This document shows, piece after piece, positions 36,382-44,025 of a DNA stretch of 64,000 nucleotides (position 1 is the stretch's first letter; every line of letters starts with the position of its first letter). The position numbers and the translations under genes are program-made. The notes below the pieces were generated by a model that saw nothing but the letters and a program-made list of their open reading frames with translations, had not been told where the DNA came from and ran no database searches. The DNA lies in the NCBI GenBank assembly GCA_964495935.1, contig CAZBXQ010000005.1:3862-67861 (forward strand). The letters run 5' to 3'. The stretch comes from an uncultured Flavobacteriaceae bacterium. Its GTDB lineage: Bacteria > Bacteroidota > Bacteroidia > Flavobacteriales > Flavobacteriaceae.

Positions 36382-36745
36382 CAAATTGGTTATTTTACCT
36401 CCTGTATATTGACAACATACGTACCTCGTCAGAAGTATTTTTACCTTAAAAAGGATTCAAAACAGAGTGTTATTTAACGAGTTTTATGAAACGACTGTTA
36501 ATATACATAAAAATAAAGGATTATATCAATCCTTTTTGAAAACTGAAATACAGTAATCTTTGGAGAATTATGACGAGAGGCCTAATGTTTAAAAATGGAA
36601 TTACAGTAAATGTATTATCGCCTAGAATTATTAGTAACAGCTATCCAATTCATTAAGAGAGGCCAGAACAAATCCTCAAACCTTCATCAAAGCAAAGATC
36701 TTATGGGAAGCCTATTTGTAGTCCTTATCTTAATGAGACAATACA

Positions 36746-37261
36746 TCAGCAGTTTACAATTGCCTCTTTATCAATTGCAATTCCCCTTTTCTCCATAAAA
36801 TTTAATAAATCATTTAGATTTGTTACATCGAGGTAATCCAAAAAGAAGCGTTCAAGATTAATTCCGTCACTATCAGAATAGGTTTCGAAATCCGGTTTTT
36901 CATTGGTAAAGTCTTCAATACAATACTTAAATTTATGTACAACATTATCCTCATAAATTTTCACGCCTGAAACCGTAATATTGTCCAATTTATATTTCTT
37001 TTTCCCTTTACATTCAACTTCTTGAAAACCGAGTTTATGTAAGTGCTTGGGCTCGGTTAGAATTATACTAATATCTTGAAAACCACAATAGATACTTTCT
37101 TTATAGCGAAGCAAATACAAGCTGAGCCCTTCAGCCGTCTTAAAGGTTTTAAAAGTTTCTATTCGGCCGAAACCCTTATCTCTAAGAACATTTGAATCTG
37201 TAGATAAATTACCTTTATATTTTACATAGTCCCCTTTTTCGTAGTAATGCTCTCTCGTCAT
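36746..37261 (-). CDS. hypothetical protein
   Basis: 171-aa ORF with no recognisable motif. AT-rich island cargo. Confidence 0.5.
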   Translation of the reverse strand: MTREHYYEKGDYVKYKGNLSTDSNVLRDKGFGRIETFKTFKTAEGLSLYLLRYKESIYCGFQDISIILTEPKHLHKLGFQEVECKGKKKYKLDNITVSGVKIYEDNVVHKFKYCIEDFTNEKPDFETYSDSDGINLERFFLDYLDVTNLNDLLNFMEKRGIAIDKEAIVNC

Positions 37262-37383
37262 AATTGAATCATATATTTATGAAAACTAATTGATTACCCA
37301 AATATTTTGCAATTTATCAAATAAAAACGATAAGCTATAATTAAAGATATTTTAACATTTTTGGATTATTAATTTATTTAACA

Positions 37384-37391
37384 TAAATTTG
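37384..37391 (+). promoter_or_regulatory. candidate Bacteroidota -7 promoter box TAAATTTG
   Basis: Matches the TAnnTTTG consensus, 29 nt upstream of the ATG at 37420. Confidence 0.35.
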
Positions 37392-37419
37392 CATTATAAT
37401 AATTATAAACAAAAAAATT

Positions 37420-37848
37420 ATGAATAAAACAATAAATAAGTTAAGAGTAGAAGTTTTTCAATTCTTAAATAAGAATTTTAACAAAAATGTTTCGTTTAAG
37501 GACTTGGTTCGCGCATTAGAATTGGACTATTTTACTATTAAATTAGACAATGGGGATAAAATGACTTTGAAGTCCTATACACATGAGCCAATTCCTGTTT
37601 ATTATCAGAATCTAATTGATGCATTAAAGTATTTGTGCAGTAATGATTTAATCGAAATTGATAACAAAAATGGTTTTTTTAAGATAAGTAAGAGAGGAGT
37701 TTTAATATCTGAATATGGACAAATAGGAATATACTTATACACTTTTAATAATTTTGTTTCCCCTATTTCTTCGGTCATAAAATTGATATACTATTTATTA
37801 TTCATATTGTATTTAATTCTTGAGCTTTTCATTTTATTTATGTTTTAA
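37420..37848 (+). CDS. hypothetical protein with a C-terminal membrane anchor
   Basis: 142 aa. Soluble N-terminal part and a strongly hydrophobic tail (LIYYLLFILYLILELFILFMF). Confidence 0.5.
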   Translation: MNKTINKLRVEVFQFLNKNFNKNVSFKDLVRALELDYFTIKLDNGDKMTLKSYTHEPIPVYYQNLIDALKYLCSNDLIEIDNKNGFFKISKRGVLISEYGQIGIYLYTFNNFVSPISSVIKLIYYLLFILYLILELFILFMF

Positions 37849-38047
37849 AGGTTAATTGTTGAATATGTTATGATTATTCATGGGCTTTATTTCCTCTTAA
37901 GCCACCGACAGCGCAATAATTTGTTTTTCGCCGGGGCAGGTTCCAAAAGTTTTTGAGGTACGATAAAAAGTTTTGGGTTCTGTTTATAATACCCCAAGAA
38001 ACTCAAATTATTGGAGCCTATATTTGCGGTAGAGGAGAATAAAAGAG

Positions 38048-39049
38048 TTATCGTCCAAAATCGAATCCTCGATTCCGGTTCCTTTCATGCTGTCGAAGCT
38101 TTTGTTCTCTTTCCTTTTTGTATTGTTGGTTTTTAGATTGTAGTGTTTCTCTCTCCTTGTAGTACACCTTAAACCGGCCACCCTCTTCTAACCCCATAAA
38201 GTAGGTACGGGCTCTTCTGGATTTTTTATCGTTTTCGGGAGCTGTAATATTTTCTGATAGAACTTCCTTTCCGCGATAGAGGTCATTGACCTGGTCATCT
38301 GTAAAACCAATGCTATGCAGGGTTTGAATAATTTCTTGTTGCCGGGCTTCCAATTGCCTGTTGTACTCGATTTTCTCACGGACCAAGCGTTCGATCTCTT
38401 CGGGAGTTGCCTTTTTATATTCTTTTTTGTATTCAAACTTGTCTTCTAATCTTCGCTGGTAAAGGAACATCCGGTCAAAAGCTTGCTCAGTCCCATTATA
38501 AAAACCGACCCTTGAAAAACCGCCTTTTACTGGCCCCTTTTTCGTGTTTTTATGATTGGTCTGCGGCGATATTTTTCTTCTGCCATCAGCTGTTTTACGG
38601 GAGACGATGACATGTACATGGACATTGCCGCTTTCCTCTTCCTGTCGGTGATGATGAACCTTGGCATAATACATAATGTCCTTGGCGTGTAATCCTTTAT
38701 TAAAAGATGCCGCATATTGCTCCATAAAACCTTGACGTATGAACTCTTTGAGCTTCTTCGACTGTTCTTGCGGAGTATTTCCTAAATGACGAAGCTCATC
38801 GGCTGATGGGCTTAAGGTCAGCAAATAGAACTTGGCATCTTTTTTACAAAGCTTGCGCTTGTTGTTATCCAATTTATCAATTACCGTAGTGGGGTTGACT
38901 TGATTTTCCCGATGAGAAAAGAAAGGTTCCATAGGTTTCCCGTTTTTTATATTCTCCCAATCTTCATGTTCCAGGTAACGAACAAGCCCTCCTGAACTAC
39001 CCTGGTTGGCCGTTCTCCCGGAACCACCGCCTTGTATCTTGGCATGCAT
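38048..39049 (-). CDS. relaxase/mobilization nuclease (Bacteroidota MobB-like)
   Basis: 333 aa. N-terminal ...GGLVRYLEHED and His-cluster NVHVHVIVSR. Located downstream of a small Mob accessory gene. Confidence 0.75.
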   Translation of the reverse strand: MHAKIQGGGSGRTANQGSSGGLVRYLEHEDWENIKNGKPMEPFFSHRENQVNPTTVIDKLDNNKRKLCKKDAKFYLLTLSPSADELRHLGNTPQEQSKKLKEFIRQGFMEQYAASFNKGLHAKDIMYYAKVHHHRQEEESGNVHVHVIVSRKTADGRRKISPQTNHKNTKKGPVKGGFSRVGFYNGTEQAFDRMFLYQRRLEDKFEYKKEYKKATPEEIERLVREKIEYNRQLEARQQEIIQTLHSIGFTDDQVNDLYRGKEVLSENITAPENDKKSRRARTYFMGLEEGGRFKVYYKERETLQSKNQQYKKEREQKLRQHERNRNRGFDFGR

Positions 39050-39053
39050 AACT

Positions 39054-39563
39054 TTATTTTTTAAAATAAATCCCCCTTTTGCTTTTGACTTGCTCGATGT
39101 CCGTTTTTAAATCTTCAAAAAGATTGATTAGTCGTTTTTCGTGGCTACCCAACTGTTTTTTAAAATTCTTTTGAATAATGTCGATAGCCTTATTGTGGTA
39201 TTGGAGGTTTTGTTCCGAAGTTAAGAGCGGTTTCAAATCCTGTTTTTTAGCGACATTTTCAATGTGATTTTTGAGTCTTTCCTCGGTCTTAATAATAGCT
39301 TCCATGGCCGGCCGGATGAATTCTTTTTCTTGCGTTTTAACAAACCCAATATTATAGTCGATCCGTTTTTTTATTCGGGCTAACTCCGTTTTCGGAGCAT
39401 TATCCGTTTTGGGGTTGATGCCATTATTTTCCAGAAAATTCAGGGTGATAGATATAAAGTCCTTCTTAAGGATTTTATAGGTCTCACAATACTCGGTTAG
39501 CCGCTCGTTATCTGCTATTGACACGGCAATGGTAGTCGTTCGTTTTTGCTTTTTATTTTTCAT
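39054..39563 (-). CDS. mobilization accessory protein (MobA-like)
   Basis: 169-aa basic helical protein ending 4 nt upstream of the relaxase gene. Assigned by context. Confidence 0.5.
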   Translation of the reverse strand: MKNKKQKRTTTIAVSIADNERLTEYCETYKILKKDFISITLNFLENNGINPKTDNAPKTELARIKKRIDYNIGFVKTQEKEFIRPAMEAIIKTEERLKNHIENVAKKQDLKPLLTSEQNLQYHNKAIDIIQKNFKKQLGSHEKRLINLFEDLKTDIEQVKSKRGIYFKK

Positions 39564-39716
39564 GGTTCCCCTCTTTAAATATAGTAAGTTGATTCGTTAG
39601 TTTGTTTACAGTCAGCGTGTTATATGATATTCATAAATTTCGGATATAGTCAAAATATATTTTACAGGATTTTTAAATTTATTAAACGGTTGATAATCAG
39701 ATAATAGCCCCGCAGG

Positions 39717-39754
39717 GCAAGACTGAACGACGGCTCTGCCTCGTTCCGTCTTGC
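39717..39754. other. candidate oriT hairpin
   Basis: GCAAGACTGAACGA-CGGCTCTGCC-TCGTTCCGTCTTGC (14-nt arms, 1 mismatch) in a locally GC-rich stretch upstream of the mob genes. Confidence 0.4.
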
Positions 39755-39884
39755 TCCTGACGGACATCTTATCACTTCGTGATTCCCGGAGCCTTAAAGC
39801 GACCGGGGTTTGTACTTTATAATCTTCTAAAATGATCATCCGTTCCTTGCCGTTGAAAGGATAGAAAAGTCATTTTCTAATCCT

Positions 39885-40778
39885 TTATTTCTTATTCAAT
39901 CCGATCAAAAAATCGTTGAAATCTTTGTATCCGGTATAATGATATCGAGCATCCAGAATTTTGTCCCCAAAGACGTTCAAGAGCATTTTCGTAGCTGCTT
40001 CTCCTGCATCATCGTTATCCAGACAAGTGGTGATGGAAGTGTATGCATGGAGGTCTCCCTGTTGATCTTTAAGCAACCCATTGATTAGGGATAACGAGTT
40101 AAGGATCATAAAATCATAGGCCTCTTCCCGACTCGGGTAGAGGGTAAGAAACGCGATAAAATCAGCCCATCCTTCAAATATCATTAAGGCTTCCTTTTTA
40201 TGGCGGATCGTGGTTATAGCTTTCTTGCCAAAACAACGCTTATCCCGGCTGTTCCGCAGTTCAAATCCACCCAGATCGTTTTTGAATCCGATGGAGAAAT
40301 ACTCATTCTCATTATTGGCATACCGATAATGAATTTCCCGACAATATTTTTGTGCCATCCGCAAACTGAGTTTTCGTTTTTGCTTGATGTAACTGACCAA
40401 GGCAGGATGACGAATATTCCCTTCAGAAGTAATTTTATAGGTCTTATAAACTCTTCTTCTTTTTGCAGTAAATCTCCTTTTTACAGAAGACGGCTGGTGA
40501 AAAGAAAAACAATTAAGTTTTTCTTCCATTAGCTGGAGTGCCTCTTTAAAATCTACCTTATAGTAAGTCATCACAAAGTCGATCACGTTGCCGCCTTCTC
40601 CGATTCCGAAATCGTAATAAATGTTCCGGTTTTTATCGACTTTAAAGGAAGGGGTCTTCTCTTTCCTAAACGGACTTAAATACCAGGCTTCAAAACTATT
40701 TTCTTTGGCCACCGGAACGCCTAATTGATTTAAAATACCGACGATGCTAACATATTCTTTGGCTTGTTTGGAATTCAT
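39885..40778 (-). CDS. Toprim domain DNA primase-like protein
   Basis: 297 aa. Degenerate CHC2-like N-terminus and Toprim motifs (EGWADF, CLDNDDAG). Confidence 0.78.
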   Translation of the reverse strand: MNSKQAKEYVSIVGILNQLGVPVAKENSFEAWYLSPFRKEKTPSFKVDKNRNIYYDFGIGEGGNVIDFVMTYYKVDFKEALQLMEEKLNCFSFHQPSSVKRRFTAKRRRVYKTYKITSEGNIRHPALVSYIKQKRKLSLRMAQKYCREIHYRYANNENEYFSIGFKNDLGGFELRNSRDKRCFGKKAITTIRHKKEALMIFEGWADFIAFLTLYPSREEAYDFMILNSLSLINGLLKDQQGDLHAYTSITTCLDNDDAGEAATKMLLNVFGDKILDARYHYTGYKDFNDFLIGLNKK

Positions 40779-40942
40779 AATTTCTTGGTTTTAAAAGTTG
40801 GTTTTTGCACGGTTGTGGGGTGTGAAATTTTGTTGATTTGTTGACAAATTGTCGTTACGCCTTTACTGGTATGGCTTCCCAGCTTCAACAAAAATTCAAC
40901 GTTTCAACAAACTCAAATTTGGTTGCGCAACGTTTGGTCAAC

Positions 40943-40966
40943 GAAAACAGGCGAAATCGGCCTGTT
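40943..40966 (-). terminator. putative intrinsic terminator after the helicase-like gene
   Basis: ACAGGC-GAAATCG-GCCTGT stem followed by TTTT on the minus strand. Confidence 0.45.
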
Positions 40967-41026
40967 CCAAAAACGTTGACCATTTTGCTGAGGACGTAAC
41001 TCCTTGTTTTTCTTTTCATTAGCAAG

Positions 41027-42268
41027 TTATCTCAACGATTCAACAAAATTTTGATGGATAAAGGATTTCGAAATCGTATAAAACCGCCCTTTTGCCGGGC
41101 TGGGGTCAAATCCGCTGGTAAAAACATTATACGATTGTCGGGTATAGCTCAATCCGTTTTTTTGAGGCTCCAATTGCCAGTTCTTTTTCAGAATTTTACG
41201 GACGTCGTTGGGGCTCCAATAGTTGCGGGGAAACATCTGCTTGATCATATTAGTGACATCTCCCGGGATCACTTCAATTTCGATGGCTTCCTCATTGGTC
41301 TCAAAGAATTCATAGAAGAGCTCAAACATTTTGATTTCTAACTTGTTGTTATTGAGCACGAGGTTTTCCAAAGCCTTTGTCCGGATTTGCTCCGGGGTAA
41401 ACCACATCCGGGTTTTGCGCTGGGTGGAGTAAGGCCGGTTCAATAAGTAACGCAAGAACGCTGGAATCTCTTTTTTCAGCTTCTTTAAAAAATCGGGGTC
41501 TTCGGATTTTAGAGGACGGATCCGACGGACCCAGAACCGGGTCTCATTTTGATCGATCTGGATAAAATTATCGACGTTATTTGAACAGAGAATGAATTTG
41601 ACGAAAAATAGGATTTCGACCCGATCCATCCCTTTGGCCTCCATCTTATCGCGATTGGTCGTTGCCAGGAATTTTAACCGTTCTGTAATTTCCCTTTTAT
41701 CGAAAAAAACCTCGTCAATAGCCACCAATAACTTATCGGCCCAGTCGGAGTTGAACTGGCTCCCAAAAGTGTCTCCCTTTATATAAGTCATGTTGAACCC
41801 GAAAATGAGCTTTAACCACTTGAGTAGGGTTGACTTCCCGGTGGATCTTTCATTGGATACCAGGCACAGAATAGGGAGTACCTGTAAAGGGTTTTCAAAG
41901 AGTACTTTTAGATAATCGAGCCCCAGTTCGAGTTGATCTTCAAAGATGTGTTCCATAAAAGTCAGGGAATGCTTGATCTGGCTTTCTTCTATCGCAGCCG
42001 TCTCGATAGGGGAAATGGGGATCTCGTGATAAGTATTATAAAATCCGGCTACAGTTTGCTGAAAGTTTAGATGACTGGGAATCGTACAGAATCCATCGTA
42101 TTTGGGAACTTTGTCGGCATATTTCCTGCTTTTGTCATTGACGATGGCCTGTCTTGACCACTTTAATAACACGGATGTTTTCTCTCCGCCTCCCATGGGT
42201 TTTTCGGATAATTTGTAATAAGTCGTCCCGATTCTCAGATACGGGATCTTACTTTTGTCTTTTTCCAT
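41027..42268 (-). CDS. P-loop NTPase, phage/plasmid primase-helicase (D5/P4 C-terminal-like)
   Basis: 413 aa. Walker A SNERSTGKST and Walker B LLVAIDEV. Adjacent to the primase gene. Confidence 0.65.
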   Translation of the reverse strand: MEKDKSKIPYLRIGTTYYKLSEKPMGGGEKTSVLLKWSRQAIVNDKSRKYADKVPKYDGFCTIPSHLNFQQTVAGFYNTYHEIPISPIETAAIEESQIKHSLTFMEHIFEDQLELGLDYLKVLFENPLQVLPILCLVSNERSTGKSTLLKWLKLIFGFNMTYIKGDTFGSQFNSDWADKLLVAIDEVFFDKREITERLKFLATTNRDKMEAKGMDRVEILFFVKFILCSNNVDNFIQIDQNETRFWVRRIRPLKSEDPDFLKKLKKEIPAFLRYLLNRPYSTQRKTRMWFTPEQIRTKALENLVLNNNKLEIKMFELFYEFFETNEEAIEIEVIPGDVTNMIKQMFPRNYWSPNDVRKILKKNWQLEPQKNGLSYTRQSYNVFTSGFDPSPAKGRFYTISKSFIHQNFVESLR

Positions 42269-42377
42269 AATGCTTAGGTATTATGGAAGCATAAGGGCAA
42301 TTATTTGTATATTTACCCTTTACTTCCTGATAAGAAGAATTTTTAAAGCGTGGGCTGTAGTGGGTCCGCGCTTTTCT

Positions 42378-42722
42378 TTATTTTTTCCAGGCCTGTTTAA
42401 TGTCATCTTCGAAGGCCTCGTAAGCCTCCTTTTCACTTCTCTCCGATGTTGTTTGGTTCAGGAGGTAATTTTCTAAATCAATTTTCCTGAAGTAGATTTT
42501 TTTCTGCCCTTTCCGCTTGATAGCTTTTAGTTTTCCGTAATGATTCAATTGATAAAGGTAATCCGGAGATAGATTAAGGAAGGCTGCCGCCTCTTCTTTG
42601 GAATAGATGTCCTTCACGCTAAGGGACATCAATAGAAGTGCTTTTTTTACGAAATTTTCCTGAGATTTTGCCATTTCGGTTACCTTGTTCTCAAGGCTTG
42701 ATAATTTCTCTTGCAAGCTCAT
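42378..42722 (-). CDS. excisionase-type/MerR-like HTH DNA-binding protein
   Basis: The ATG inside track ORF 42378-42773 gives MSLQEKLSS... HTH YSKEEAAAFLNLSPDYLYQLNHYGKLKAIK..IYFRKIDLENYL. Confidence 0.65.
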   Translation of the reverse strand: MSLQEKLSSLENKVTEMAKSQENFVKKALLLMSLSVKDIYSKEEAAAFLNLSPDYLYQLNHYGKLKAIKRKGQKKIYFRKIDLENYLLNQTTSERSEKEAYEAFEDDIKQAWKK

Positions 42723-42849
42723 AATATGTTGTTTTCTCCCGAAGTTAGTGGATAAAACAGGAAGAAAGGGCAAAGCAATAAAGTTGCAATAGAATACTAA
42801 AGGAACTCTTTATAACTCTTTATGAATAGTGGTGTTGAATGAAAAAAAT

Positions 42850-42880
42850 AATCCCATTGCAATAAAATTGCATTGGGATT
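42850..42880 (-). terminator. hairpin flanked by A/T runs after 42909-43706
   Basis: AATCCCATTGCAAT-AAA-ATTGCATTGGGATT (13/14 paired). Confidence 0.45.
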
Positions 42881-42908
42881 TTAATGAAAAAATAGGGTTT
42901 ACGGCCAC

Positions 42909-43706
42909 TTACCCCTTTCTATATCTTGTCCAAATTGAATTATCAATAATAATGGGGCCATTTAATTCCCGATAATCTCTATCGTCGGTATGAAATTTAG
43001 TATGTTCTTCTTGAAAGCTTTTAATTTCGTTTAAGGAATAAAGCCAGTGGTGGTTTTTTTGATCATATAACTCAAAGCAAAACAAAAAAAATAGGACAAC
43101 CCTTTTTTTAACAATACTACCTCTATGCTTTTGTGTGAAAATGATTGGGTTTTGTGGAGGTAAACCACTTAAAAGACGGTTCACATCGTATTTTGAATCA
43201 ATGTGAATCCCAAATTTATCTTGGATTTCTTCAAATTGGACTTCTTTGAAATGCCTCCGAAGTTTGAAAGGTAATTCGTTTCCAATAGAAAGATTATCAA
43301 TTTTTGTGAACTCTTCCGCTTCGTATGCGGAAGATGCGTTGGTTTTGAGCATTTTATACCATACTTTGAAAGTATCTTTTAGAGAATATGATAATTTTTT
43401 CTCGATAAAGTATAGTAGATATACTTGAATTAAACCAATGGAGAGTGTGGCTATATAGCGATTACCGGAATTTTGATGGATGTCGGATCTTAATATAGAG
43501 GCCGAAAGCAAAATTATGAGAGAAAGAATTACAATAAGGATGAACTTGTTTTTATTCATTCCTTTATACCAAAGAATCTTTTCCTCATATAAATAGCGGG
43601 AAAAAACAGGGGTGAAAGTAAAAAGTACCCTGATGATTATATAGAATGGGATGAGAAAAATAGGAATTTTAGATAACCAAACAGTAATTTTCCCAATCCA
43701 TTCCAT
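42909..43706 (-). CDS. hypothetical membrane protein (about 3 N-terminal TM helices plus a soluble C-terminal domain)
   Basis: 265-aa ORF, the last gene before the att site. No recognisable motif. Confidence 0.5.
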   Translation of the reverse strand: MEWIGKITVWLSKIPIFLIPFYIIIRVLFTFTPVFSRYLYEEKILWYKGMNKNKFILIVILSLIILLSASILRSDIHQNSGNRYIATLSIGLIQVYLLYFIEKKLSYSLKDTFKVWYKMLKTNASSAYEAEEFTKIDNLSIGNELPFKLRRHFKEVQFEEIQDKFGIHIDSKYDVNRLLSGLPPQNPIIFTQKHRGSIVKKRVVLFFLFCFELYDQKNHHWLYSLNEIKSFQEEHTKFHTDDRDYRELNGPIIIDNSIWTRYRKG

Positions 43707-43774
43707 AATTTCTTTTCCCTAAAGATAAAGAAAAATAAAATTATCAGTTATCAAAATAAGATGGAAGAGACTCG

Positions 43775-43796
43775 AAATGTTCGTGAAATGTTAGGG
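43775..43796. repeat. AAATGTTCGTG AAATGTTAGGG, candidate arm-type integrase sites (tRNA-proximal end)
   Basis: Same 11-mer as at 23893-23914, in the same orientation. Confidence 0.45.
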
Positions 43797-43832
43797 AAAA
43801 TAAAAAGCGATTACACTTATTAGATGTAATCG

Positions 43833-43894
43833 CTTGATTATCAGAGTGACCTCGACAGGATTCAAACCTGTAACCTCCTGATCCGTAGTCAGGT
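43833..43894. repeat. att repeat overlapping the 3' two-thirds of tRNA-Arg
   Basis: Direct repeat of 23713-23774. Covers the tRNA from the anticodon stem to the 3' end plus 14 nt. Confidence 0.85.
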
Positions 43895-43920
43895 GCTCTA
43901 TTCAGTTAAGCTACGAGGCC
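43847..43920 (-). tRNA. tRNA-Arg (anticodon ACG)
   Basis: 74-nt cloverleaf read by hand: acceptor GGCCTCG/CGAGGTC, anticodon arm CCTGA-CTACGGA-TCAGG, T arm ACAGG-TTTGAAT-CCTGT. No encoded CCA. Confidence 0.88.
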
Positions 43921-44025
43921 ATTGGCTTTGCTTGATTCTGATGGGTATCGGAATCAGCTACGAGGCCTAAAATACGGACTGCAAATATATAAACTTTTGG
44001 AATTATGACACTCCTTTTATAAATA

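Larger units (their letters stand above)
23713..43894. mobile_element. about 20-kb integrative mobilizable element (IME / genomic island) inserted at tRNA-Arg(ACG)
   Basis: 62-bp direct repeats at both ends. Carries integrase, Xis-like HTH, primase, helicase-like NTPase and a MobA-like/relaxase pair. The sequence is visibly more AT-rich than the flanks. Confidence 0.82.

Noticed and set aside
27038-36384. Kinase/FHA/PP2C genes as the threonine-phosphorylation branch of a type VI secretion system
   Set aside because: No T6SS structural genes (TssB/C, Hcp, VgrG and others) are present in the window, and the FHA domains are fused to an ABC transporter rather than to a Fha1-type scaffold.
39612-39839. 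75-aa minus-strand ORF between mobA and the primase gene
   Set aside because: It overlaps the GC-rich hairpin region that is better explained as oriT. The peptide is Arg/Ser-rich and atypical for this AT-rich island. It is kept only as a caveat.
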